Shown: positions 24,824 through 33,609, counted from the stretch's first letter. The stretch is 40,794 nt of DNA from an uncultured Candidatus Saccharibacteria bacterium (GCA_964478465.1 CAYZIG010000001.1:1-40794); one strand, 5' to 3'. Translations and numbers: made by a program. Notes: generated by a model from the letters alone, not told the origin.

Positions 24824-27451
24824 TTATATTCGATTAACACTTAAATTAAAATGTCTGATAGTGACATCTGTCGTATCTGTTTGATTAATTATACCTAGCC
24901 ATAATCTATCACCTACAGTTAAGGATAATATACCCCCAAAAACCAAACTATCATATTGATTTGCTGTTGTAAAATATTTAGATGCAACTATATTTGTCTG
25001 TTCTGTAGTATTTTTAAAAACTCCTACTTTGAATTGTGTTGTATTAGTATCGCAATAAAGCGTCAAAGTTCCATTAACTTTATAAGTTCCTGCTCCACTT
25101 GAACCTACCTCAAGATACGCCCCTCGATAATAACTTCCTGTTCTTGTCGCAACAAAAGTCTTTGATATATAAAATGCTGTTGGACTTACTACTGTAACTG
25201 TATAAGTTCCATCATAATTTGTCGTAGAATGAATTGTTATTGCATCCCCAGTTGTCAAATTATGCCCTGCCGTGACAGTAAACAATGATGTACCTGCAAC
25301 CACAGCCCCATAGGTCGAAACGCTCGCTATAGAGCCTGTTACGCCTTGTTTGAATGTAAAATCTATACAACTACCCGTAGTTATTCCTGAACCCGTTACC
25401 GCCTGATACTCATTAACTACTTTTATATCAATTATATTTGCATTTTCAAAAGCATACATTTCACCATAATGTGTATTATATAATCCTACTTCTTTTCTTC
25501 CTTCTGACACGTTAGTGAAATACAGTGAATCCCCAGAAAATTCTATTGCCCCTACCTCTGAATCAGTGTTAAGTGTACCATCTATAAGTTTGAGTGGTGC
25601 GGTATCGGCGGTTGAAGTTCCCGCAGGCGGTCTTAATTTTGATATTGTACTAACTGCAGTTAAAGTCCCTGCCGTATTAATATTCTTTGCTATACCCACT
25701 CCACCGCTCACTATAAGCGAACCGTTTGTATGTGCTGTAGATTGTAATGAACTTAGAACCGTTATTCCTCCGCTAGTAGTATCCGCACTATTACCTCTTA
25801 ATATTAATCTTTCTGTTGTTGCAGTGCCTCCGATTATTGTCTGTCCTCCTGCAACTCCTGAGTTATCTATTTTTTCACTTGAAAGCTCTTCGATTGCAGA
25901 TTGTAAGTTTGTGCTTGATATAGTCCCGAACGTAGTAGACGAAACATTTGTGGCAGTTATTGAAAAGTTATTATTTGTTACTGAAAAATTACTTCTTCTT
26001 AAATCTACTGTTTCTCTTAACGCAGTATATTTAACATTGCTTGAATAAGTTGATTTATATTGAAAAATAAGTTTATAAAGTGGTCTTATTTCTTCATCTT
26101 TCAACGTTGGATATACATTTTGTAAATCAATCCAATCCGAAGCCTGTGCATCTAGTAAAGTTGAAAAAGTTTCTATTGCGGAACAGGTTTTTAATGCTTC
26201 TCCTGCTCTTTGGTCCTGTAAAGAATATATATAATACACAAAATAATTATTGTCAGGTACATCAACCGCCATTCCAGTAGTTAAAATATATTGTGGAATA
26301 TTTGTTCCACTGTCAAATAAAAATGGAAATCTAGTAGCGGGATACATTTCTAAAATACCATTTACATCATTACCGCGTATCTTCATAACAGCCGAATTTG
26401 TGACGGTTATACCTGATGCGGTTATGTATCCTAAATCTTGTGTAAATAATGCACCTGACGTACTATTGGTCACAGTATAACTTAAATTATCGTCCATATT
26501 TTTACCAGTTTTTAATGATATTGCTGTATTCAATCCGCTTGTGTCAGGTGTTCCATTAGTAACATTAGAAATTAAGTCAAACCCACTCAACCATATTGTA
26601 CCGTATTTGTGCTTCCAAGCATGGTCTGATGAACTCATTGTATTCATGTGCGTTTCTAAACTTTCAACAACTACCATTGCCGAACCTGTTAAGTTAGCAT
26701 TTACATATATACGATAAATAGGAGCTAATAAAGAAAAATCACTCCATGCCGTCTGAGTAGTTACAGGTGTTCCAGTATTATCTATATAAAAATACCATAC
26801 TCCGCTTGATGAAGTATACGCGGGAAAATTACATGGACTTGTTATAGTATGCCGTTCTACTACTCCACTACCATCAGTGAATATATCAAACGAACTTCCC
26901 GTAACTGCTGTAACTGTCAAAACTTTAGTATCGTAATCAATCGAAACGTTTACAGGACACTTTTCACACAATCCCACAAAAGCGGTTTGTTTTAAATTCA
27001 ATAAATTTTGTAAATCTTCGCCATTTAAATTTATTGTATCACTATGAATAGATGTTGAAGTTATTGCTGAGGCTGTAAGATTTACTGTTTGACTGTTGAT
27101 TGATGTGAAGCTCGTTACGACTTGTTCATTAATTATTTGCGTTACCGTCAAGGTGTCGGCTGTTAAGTTACCTTGAACTTCAAAATCACCCGCTATTATC
27201 CCCGAACCTGTAACGCCTACATCACCATTAACGATTAAAGCCCCGTTCGTTGCACTTATGTTACCTACCGAACTTATGTACTGTGTATTATTCTGTATTG
27301 CTGTCAAAACATCAGCAGAATTTACTAAATTACCGCTAGAACCAATCCATGTTGACATTGAATCTCTGCTTAATACCTGATTAGTTGTTCCGCCTGCAAA
27401 TATTACTATTACACTTAGTATTAATATAATGCTTAATGCTAGTTTTTTCAT
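24824..27451 (-). CDS. Fibre-like protein, long paralog, with signal-peptide-like N-terminus and C1q/TNF-like C-terminal head
   Basis: MKKLALSIILILSVIVIFAGG, NLVNSADVLTAIQNNTQYI, GALIVNGDVGVTG and SGGVGIAKNINTAGT. The C-terminus KVGVFKNTTEQ...LSLTVGDRLWLGIINQTD...IRHFNLSV resembles a C1q-type jelly roll. Confidence 0.6.
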   Translation of the reverse strand: MKKLALSIILILSVIVIFAGGTTNQVLSRDSMSTWIGSSGNLVNSADVLTAIQNNTQYISSVGNISATNGALIVNGDVGVTGSGIIAGDFEVQGNLTADTLTVTQIINEQVVTSFTSINSQTVNLTASAITSTSIHSDTINLNGEDLQNLLNLKQTAFVGLCEKCPVNVSIDYDTKVLTVTAVTGSSFDIFTDGSGVVERHTITSPCNFPAYTSSSGVWYFYIDNTGTPVTTQTAWSDFSLLAPIYRIYVNANLTGSAMVVVESLETHMNTMSSSDHAWKHKYGTIWLSGFDLISNVTNGTPDTSGLNTAISLKTGKNMDDNLSYTVTNSTSGALFTQDLGYITASGITVTNSAVMKIRGNDVNGILEMYPATRFPFLFDSGTNIPQYILTTGMAVDVPDNNYFVYYIYSLQDQRAGEALKTCSAIETFSTLLDAQASDWIDLQNVYPTLKDEEIRPLYKLIFQYKSTYSSNVKYTALRETVDLRRSNFSVTNNNFSITATNVSSTTFGTISSTNLQSAIEELSSEKIDNSGVAGGQTIIGGTATTERLILRGNSADTTSGGITVLSSLQSTAHTNGSLIVSGGVGIAKNINTAGTLTAVSTISKLRPPAGTSTADTAPLKLIDGTLNTDSEVGAIEFSGDSLYFTNVSEGRKEVGLYNTHYGEMYAFENANIIDIKVVNEYQAVTGSGITTGSCIDFTFKQGVTGSIASVSTYGAVVAGTSLFTVTAGHNLTTGDAITIHSTTNYDGTYTVTVVSPTAFYISKTFVATRTGSYYRGAYLEVGSSGAGTYKVNGTLTLYCDTNTTQFKVGVFKNTTEQTNIVASKYFTTANQYDSLVFGGILSLTVGDRLWLGIINQTDTTDVTIRHFNLSVNRI

Positions 27452-28317
27452 TATTCCTCCTTTTTAATATTTAACATAAAATCTATTGTTTCTTTTCTTA
27501 TGTCGTCAAGCTCGATATTATTTTTTAAATTTACGTTTATTTCTTCGAATATATCCCCATCCTGCAATACTTTTTTCAGAATGTACGGCGGACTTGTAGA
27601 ATTACTCATCATGAACAATGAAATTAAATCTTTTAGCCAGTCTGAAATACCGCCTTTTTTAACTGAGTATTTATATTTATAATTCCCTGTACCTACTGAA
27701 ATTATTCTTATTTTTTCGTCAGGGAAAAGTTTTTTTGCTTCGATATATGCAGACAAACATAAATCGTTCTGGTCTACTCCTCCATCTACATATCTATTGA
27801 AAAAAATTTCTTTTGGTTCAAAGAAAGTTGGAGCTGAACAACTTGCCTCTACCGCATCCGATAAAGCGGCGTAATTTGTAATCTCTGATTTATAACTTTT
27901 CCAGTATTGTGGAATATCTTCTGTGATATTATACGCTGTTATCATCAACTTTTTTTCGATACAACTTATAGGGATATTCCCGAGTATTTTTCTAAGACTT
28001 TCTCTTAATTGTTCACTTTGATATTTCGGGTTTATCAACCCATTTAGGCTTCTGATATTATACCAAAAATCTTTCTTGAATATTTTCCATATCTCTTCAA
28101 GATAAACTTTCAATATATCCTCTGTCTTCATACTAATTGAATATGCTCCCGCTATAATTGCCCCTGTAGAAACGCCACAAAGCAAGTCAGGAACGATTTT
28201 TTCTTTCTTCTCTAACTCTTTCATCAAGACAAGGCTTATAATCCCTCTAACGCCACCACCCGAAAAACACAGAACTGTTTTCAAATACTCCACCGCCTTT
28301 ATCAAATGATTTTTCAA
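27451..28317 (-). CDS. Patatin-like phospholipase (probable start TTG 28284)
   Basis: FSGGGVRG (oxyanion loop), GVSTGAI (GxSxG nucleophile) and YVDGGV (catalytic Asp) appear in canonical order. No ATG precedes the Gly loop, and the TTG at 28284 follows AAGGCGGTGGAGTAT. The stop overlaps the ATG of the fibre gene. Confidence 0.85.
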   Translation of the reverse strand: MKNHLIKAVEYLKTVLCFSGGGVRGIISLVLMKELEKKEKIVPDLLCGVSTGAIIAGAYSISMKTEDILKVYLEEIWKIFKKDFWYNIRSLNGLINPKYQSEQLRESLRKILGNIPISCIEKKLMITAYNITEDIPQYWKSYKSEITNYAALSDAVEASCSAPTFFEPKEIFFNRYVDGGVDQNDLCLSAYIEAKKLFPDEKIRIISVGTGNYKYKYSVKKGGISDWLKDLISLFMMSNSTSPPYILKKVLQDGDIFEEINVNLKNNIELDDIRKETIDFMLNIKKEE

Positions 28318-28522
28318 ATGAAAGAGTTATGAAAACCCCTTTCGTAGTATTGACATAATCTTTTTTAATAAGTTTATAACCTTCTTTTTCATATTTTTTC
28401 TCATATTCTGAAATATCCATTAATGTTTGAAAGTTATTCCGTTCTCTGAATAGTTCAACTTTTTTTATATCAGAAAATGAAAAAGTAAAAATTAATAGAT
28501 ATATTAATAATATTAATTTCAT
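28247..28522 (-). CDS. Small signal-peptide protein
   Basis: MKLILLIYLLIFTFSFSD leader. The 3' end overlaps the patatin frame by 38-71 nt. Confidence 0.45.
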   Translation of the reverse strand: MKLILLIYLLIFTFSFSDIKKVELFRERNNFQTLMDISEYEKKYEKEGYKLIKKDYVNTTKGVFITLSFEKSFDKGGGVFENSSVFFGWWR

Positions 28523-28758
28523 TATACTAATCCTACTACTATATGATGCTTTGAGCTATTCGGGACTATTATTTTGAAAGCCGAAAAAGTTGTTTGAGTT
28601 GTTATATCTCCAGATAGTCCTGCTTCAATGACTTTATCTATTCCGTTTACTGAAATAGTTATATCTTCGTTGCCTGTGTTTGTCACTTCAATATAATTTC
28701 CTGTATCTTCGTATAACGCCGTGACTAGCTTATTATTATATACTTTCTTCGTTAGCAT
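28522..28758 (-). CDS. Hypothetical small beta-rich protein
   Basis: 78-aa ORF tightly coupled to its neighbours (a 1-nt gap on one side, a 1-nt overlap on the other). Confidence 0.4.
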   Translation of the reverse strand: MLTKKVYNNKLVTALYEDTGNYIEVTNTGNEDITISVNGIDKVIEAGLSGDITTQTTFSAFKIIVPNSSKHHIVVGLV

Positions 28759-28759
28759 T

Positions 28760-29320
28760 CTATTCTCCTTTTACAATATATTTTTGTACCATCTTCGTGT
28801 ATTTCTTGACCTCATAAGATGAAAATCCTAAGAAACGCCTCTCAGGTATTGAGACTTTATAAGATTTTACTTTATGTTCGGTTTGAAAATTAGCTTTGTT
28901 TTGTTTTACAATTTTCATAGTTCCGTTTTTTGAAATCTTCCAATTAATTTTAGTTTTTCTAGCCGGATGTAATATTTCAGCTCCAAAATTATGGACAGCC
29001 GCAATCTTTACATCTTCCGAATCATACACCCCGACCGCAACCGAGTTTTTGTAACTTTTAGCGGTTATTTTCTGTAAAATGTGTGTCGTTGTATCGTTAA
29101 GAGGCTTAGAACTTCCACGCCTTCGCCTCTTAATTGTACTTTCCGCTAATCTTTCCCATTGTCCTCCGTCTGGTGCTTCTGTATTTCTAAATCTAAGTTG
29201 TGTTTGACTGAGTGCTTTTGGTTTTATTTCTTCAAGAATAGGTTTTAAGGTTCTACTCCTTTTTATCACTTCTTTCATGTGAAGTGTCAATCCTGCTGTG
29301 TCAAGTGATATTGTAATCAT
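28760..29320 (-). CDS. Mu G-like virion morphogenesis protein
   Basis: PDGGQWERLAESTIKRRRRGSSKPLNDTTTHILQKI...VAVGVYDSEDVKIAAVHNFGA parallels the Mu gpG pattern (W..LAEST.K.R ... AA.H.FG). Confidence 0.75.
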   Translation of the reverse strand: MITISLDTAGLTLHMKEVIKRSRTLKPILEEIKPKALSQTQLRFRNTEAPDGGQWERLAESTIKRRRRGSSKPLNDTTTHILQKITAKSYKNSVAVGVYDSEDVKIAAVHNFGAEILHPARKTKINWKISKNGTMKIVKQNKANFQTEHKVKSYKVSIPERRFLGFSSYEVKKYTKMVQKYIVKGE

Positions 29321-31491
29321 TAACTCACCAACTTTCTAAGTTCTTTTACCTCTTCATCTTTCTTATTAACCAGTTTTTCCATGCTCTTACTCATTCCAAT
29401 AGCGGGATTATAACCAAAACCACTGTCTTTCAACACTTTCAAGTCCTCTTCTGGTATTCTGTCAGAGTTAGCAACCTTCAACCCTTCCTCTTCTAAATCT
29501 TCTTTGTCGAGTGCAATTACTATTGACCTTTCATTATAATGATTTGGCGGATATATCTTCGACCATATCGGGTCATCTTGTTTATAGACTTTACCGTTTA
29601 AGAAAAAGCATATTTCTGTAGTACGTCCATCTAAAATTGCACTATAAAGCCAGTAAGGCTCATTCTTGCTCTTCATCTGTTCGTTATATCTACCTGCCGA
29701 ATACGCAGATACAAGATTAGTTCTGAATACTGTTTCAAGATATGCTTTGCTTGCAATTTTTTCAGGTTCCATAACATTTAACCATTCTTTAAATGTCGAA
29801 CCGTTATCAATTGCATCTTTCAAGTTTTTATATATCCTCTTTGTCATCTCTAAGTCAGTTGCTTTTTTAACCCAAAAATATTGTGACCTTATTTCATCCT
29901 CTACATCTTCAATATCTGCAAACAAAACAGGGTCTTTATCAACGAAAAACTTTATAGCTTCCTCAAACTTCATTTTGAAAGGGTCTATTTTCTCCGCAAA
30001 AGCCTCTATAACTATTTTGGATACACTGTCCATACCTTTTAACCTTGCAATCGTAAAAGCTTCGTCAAAGGTCGTTTCTGTCCATTCCATGCCAATTTTT
30101 TCTATATCTTCTATAGACTTAATTTTAGAAATTTGCTTGATATAGTTTTTCGATACTTCGTCCGCTATGTTCGGGAGTACCTCAAGCATACTGTCAGTAA
30201 ATTCTTTCTCCTGTTTTCTTGCTTTTTCAAGTTTTAATTGTATTCTACTCTTTTTTTTTTCTGCAAATTCAATTCTTTCAAAGTTTTGAATAGCGGGTTG
30301 TGATACTTCATAGCTTAATTGTTCGATAGGTATTCCAGTATCCTGCGATATATACTCCAAACCTACTTTTATTCCAGCTGTTTTCAATTTAACATATTTG
30401 TCAACTATAGCAGATTTTGTCTGTTCTTCTTTTTGTCTGTCTACTTCGCTATCTAACGACAAGTAATACTTTTTACCATCGAACCCTTTTAACTCACCTT
30501 GCCAATTAATAACATTCTGAAAACTGTCTCTAATATATTTTGCGTACCCTTCAATCATGTTTGTTGATACTTCGTTAAGAGTAACCGCTTGAGCATTTGA
30601 ACCGTTCGCCTGTCCTACTGCGTTTGATACATTAGAACCTAGCAAATATACGTTGATCGCATCCACTGCCTGATTAATAATTGAAGCGTGTACTTCTGTT
30701 TTGAATTGGTCCAGCGTAATAAATTGAACTTGGCTGTTAAATTCGTTTACAGGCATCCCTACGACGTTTCCGCCTCTCATCATATCTTTTACATCAGATG
30801 CCAAAGCCGCCGCCTCTGTTCCTGTCAAAGTTGGGTCATAAGCAAAGTAGGTTATTATGTCACCGTAATTTTGTACAATGTATCCTTCTTTGTTTAATGC
30901 AAGTTCTTTTAATTTCCAGCATTTGTAAAGCGGTTCTAATATACTTCGTCCCATCTGCATATCTTCCGACCAATCGTTTATTGTTACTAAGAACTTATAA
31001 GGTGTTTCTGAAAAATATAAATATTCGCCATTATCGGCTATAAAGTACCAATCTTTTTTATTTCCATCATAGTTGAACCAATAATTAGGCTTTGATTTTA
31101 TTTTTTCAACCCATAGTTCATTATCGTATAATATTTCTTGTGCTTGATACCCTGTGAATTTTGACCATGCCATTTTCTCGATAATACTCGACATGTTCAA
31201 TAAAGCATATTTCCCCTCTAACTCTTTCGCCCCTTCTTTATCTTCATCTCTAACTGCTTTAATATGCCATTCTCTACCTGATAACTGTAGAAAAATTTTA
31301 TTGAATGCAGATAAAATAGTATCATCCCTTAACATTTTTTCTAGCTCGGTTGGTGTCATGTAAGAGAATGAAAAGTTTGTCATTATTCTGTTAGCTGTTC
31401 TGATTGCTAACTCTTGTGTTAATAATTGTCTTTGCGGTTGTATTGGCTTCGGCGGTGGTATCGCTTTCTTGAAAAAGTCTAAAATTGCCAT
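29320..31491 (-). CDS. Portal protein fused to Mu F-like / SPP1 gp7-like minor head domain
   Basis: 723 aa, directly after the large terminase. The C-terminal GRTTEICFFLNGKVYKQDDPIWSKIYPPNHYNERSIV matches the Mu F family signature (C..lnG ... PP.H.nCR). A coiled linker with an A10 tract lies at codon ~411. Confidence 0.7.
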   Translation of the reverse strand: MAILDFFKKAIPPPKPIQPQRQLLTQELAIRTANRIMTNFSFSYMTPTELEKMLRDDTILSAFNKIFLQLSGREWHIKAVRDEDKEGAKELEGKYALLNMSSIIEKMAWSKFTGYQAQEILYDNELWVEKIKSKPNYWFNYDGNKKDWYFIADNGEYLYFSETPYKFLVTINDWSEDMQMGRSILEPLYKCWKLKELALNKEGYIVQNYGDIITYFAYDPTLTGTEAAALASDVKDMMRGGNVVGMPVNEFNSQVQFITLDQFKTEVHASIINQAVDAINVYLLGSNVSNAVGQANGSNAQAVTLNEVSTNMIEGYAKYIRDSFQNVINWQGELKGFDGKKYYLSLDSEVDRQKEEQTKSAIVDKYVKLKTAGIKVGLEYISQDTGIPIEQLSYEVSQPAIQNFERIEFAEKKKSRIQLKLEKARKQEKEFTDSMLEVLPNIADEVSKNYIKQISKIKSIEDIEKIGMEWTETTFDEAFTIARLKGMDSVSKIVIEAFAEKIDPFKMKFEEAIKFFVDKDPVLFADIEDVEDEIRSQYFWVKKATDLEMTKRIYKNLKDAIDNGSTFKEWLNVMEPEKIASKAYLETVFRTNLVSAYSAGRYNEQMKSKNEPYWLYSAILDGRTTEICFFLNGKVYKQDDPIWSKIYPPNHYNERSIVIALDKEDLEEEGLKVANSDRIPEEDLKVLKDSGFGYNPAIGMSKSMEKLVNKKDEEVKELRKLVS

Positions 31492-31500
31492 TTAATCCTC

Positions 31501-32964
31501 CTATCTTTTATAATTTGTTGTGTCTATGCCTGAATGTTGATTTCCATTTAAAATTGTTTCTGCAACCCCTGTTAGTGCATCTTCTGCATCATCATAATCA
31601 TTTTTACTTTCTTTCATAAACCTATGTAAGTGGTCGTATAAATCACTCCATATTATATGCCAATTCTCAGGAAAATAAACATTATCTTGAATCCATACCG
31701 CATATGAGTTTATTCTTGCCTCTTTATTTTCAGATTGATGAAATCCTTTTATCACGCATTTATAATAATTATGTATTTTTTTTAATTTTTCCTCAGAAAA
31801 CAACTTGAATGGATGCCCACCATTATTATATTCTATTCTAGCATAATTAACTTTATTTTCACTATGTTTTTTAGCCCATAACGAGGCAGTTATGCTCATA
31901 TCGTCCTTTGTGTATATAACATCTTTTATATAAGCCTTTTTATTCTCTTCAAAGAAAATATAAGTGCATAAAAAATCTTTTCCAGTATCAGCGGTATCAG
32001 TATAAGATTTTATTATTGCACCACTTTCAATTAATGATTTTAATTTTTCATTATCATAAGTTTTAAACCCTTGTGAATACATTAAACCTTTAGCAGGTTT
32101 TGGATTTTGTTGGTATAAACTTTCAAAAGTAATAATATCTTTTGCCTTAACTTTTAATAATCTTTCTTTTGAATGTCTTTTCTCCCATAATGCCTCACCT
32201 AATTGTCGAGGGTCATTTATATTGTTTTCATTTTCTTTTATAGCGGGAAAAGATACTATTTCCCAATCATCAGGTTCATTCTTTAGTATATAACCCCCTA
32301 AATCATTTTCATGCCATCTAGTGAATACTATTAGAACTTGGCTATTATTATGTAATCTAGTTTCGGCAGTTGTATTATACCACTCCTGTACATTTTTACG
32401 CTGTACTGGTGACCATGCTTCTTTAGCATCTTTATAAATATCATCTATTATCAATATATCTATCTTTCTTGATGTTAATGCTCCACCAACTCCGACACTT
32501 ACCAGTGAACCAGTATTATTTACTATTTCAAATTCATCAGAGTTTCTAAGCCATGATTGTGCTGTTCTAACATTGCTACCATTTAACAAAGTTTTAGGAA
32601 AAATAGCCCTATAAACACTATCGTCGATTATTCTTTGAATATCTCTATTGAAGCTTGATGCAACAGTGTGATTATAAGCTGCAACCGCTAATTTTTTATT
32701 GGGATATTTACCAAGTAAAAATGCACTTAAACGCCTTGTAGCAATCTCTGTTTTTCCATGCTGTGGAGGTACAAATATCATAAGCCTTTTTATTTCTCCG
32801 TTTGCAAATTTGGTAAGTTTATCACACATATATTTATGATGCCAATTAACCTCGTAATTATCTTTAGTCTGTAAGGTAAATTCTAAAAGGCTTCTTCTTG
32901 CAAGTTCCCTTTTTGCTTCTCGTCTTATTAACTCTTTTTCAGCTTCTTTTTTAAGGTTCTGCAA
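31501..32964 (-). CDS. terL: Terminase large subunit
   Basis: Walker A-like VPPQHGKTE, Walker B-like ILIIDDIYKD, and a C-terminal nuclease-type acidic motif (DDAEDALTG). It follows the small subunit with a 14-nt overlap. Confidence 0.85.
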   Translation of the reverse strand: MQNLKKEAEKELIRREAKRELARRSLLEFTLQTKDNYEVNWHHKYMCDKLTKFANGEIKRLMIFVPPQHGKTEIATRRLSAFLLGKYPNKKLAVAAYNHTVASSFNRDIQRIIDDSVYRAIFPKTLLNGSNVRTAQSWLRNSDEFEIVNNTGSLVSVGVGGALTSRKIDILIIDDIYKDAKEAWSPVQRKNVQEWYNTTAETRLHNNSQVLIVFTRWHENDLGGYILKNEPDDWEIVSFPAIKENENNINDPRQLGEALWEKRHSKERLLKVKAKDIITFESLYQQNPKPAKGLMYSQGFKTYDNEKLKSLIESGAIIKSYTDTADTGKDFLCTYIFFEENKKAYIKDVIYTKDDMSITASLWAKKHSENKVNYARIEYNNGGHPFKLFSEEKLKKIHNYYKCVIKGFHQSENKEARINSYAVWIQDNVYFPENWHIIWSDLYDHLHRFMKESKNDYDDAEDALTGVAETILNGNQHSGIDTTNYKR

Positions 32965-33544
32965 GTTTCCTCAACTCCTCATCAGAAAGCTTTGTTATAT
33001 TTTCTAAATTTATTTCCATTTTTCCAGTAAGTTCAACTTTATCTTTAAATATTCCTAGATGTTTCCCAAGTAATTCCAAAGCTTTCATCTTGTCACATAA
33101 TTCAACTTCTATTCCGTTCTTTCCTTCTTTAATTCCGCTTATAACCTTTCTTTCGTTTTCTTTTAAATCTTCTGTTTTGGTTATTTCAGTTGTATTATAT
33201 TTAATTTCTTCATAACCTATCTCATCATTTCCTACTATTTTTATTTTTTCAATTACTTTAAAAAATTTTGTACGGTCAGTAAAAGCTATCAAGGCTAACT
33301 CTCTTATTATCATATCTTCTGTTATTTCTGTTCTTTCTTGTATTTTTAACTGTTCTTGTCTAATATACTCTTTTACCTTTGTATTACTTAGCAATTTTAC
33401 AGCATTTGTATCAGCGGTATTATCTTTTACTTTATCGCCGTAAGCCACTTTGTATGACTTCCTACCATTCAGAGTTTTTATGTACTCGTCAGCAAACTTC
33501 TTTTGTTTTCCAGTTATTTTTGGGTCACCTCTTATTTTATCCAT
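32951..33544 (-). CDS. terS: Terminase small subunit (P27/Terminase_2-like)
   Basis: TGKQKKFADEYIKTLNGRKSYKVAYGDKVKDNTADTNAVKLLSNTKVKEYI follows the Terminase_2 N-terminal HTH pattern. Confidence 0.75.
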   Translation of the reverse strand: MDKIRGDPKITGKQKKFADEYIKTLNGRKSYKVAYGDKVKDNTADTNAVKLLSNTKVKEYIRQEQLKIQERTEITEDMIIRELALIAFTDRTKFFKVIEKIKIVGNDEIGYEEIKYNTTEITKTEDLKENERKVISGIKEGKNGIEVELCDKMKALELLGKHLGIFKDKVELTGKMEINLENITKLSDEELRKLAEP

Positions 33545-33580
33545 AAAAATTCACCTCATTTTTTTAATTATATATCTAAT

Positions 33581-33609
33581 ATTATACTTCATTTTTACTT
33601 TGAAAACAA
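33581..33609 (-). promoter_or_regulatory. Candidate late promoter upstream of terS
   Basis: On the minus strand: TTGTTT (33609-33604), a 17-nt spacer, then TATAAT (33586-33581). Confidence 0.5.

Noticed and set aside
27451-28522. Frameshift fusion of the 91-aa signal-peptide ORF to the patatin ORF, which would give a secreted phospholipase
   Set aside because: The fusion would need a +1 shift, and I found no slippery or hungry-codon motif in the 38-71 nt overlap. An independent TTG start with a near-consensus SD (AAGGCGGTG) explains the ORF more simply. I mention it only as something proteomics could exclude.
28760-31491. Mu-like transposable phage, suggested by the Mu F-like and Mu G-like head genes
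   Set aside because: No transposase (MuA/DDE), MuB-like ATPase or terminal repeats are present. Replication and recombination genes are of the organizer/RecT type, and packaging uses a P27-type small terminase. Only the head-assembly genes are Mu-related.
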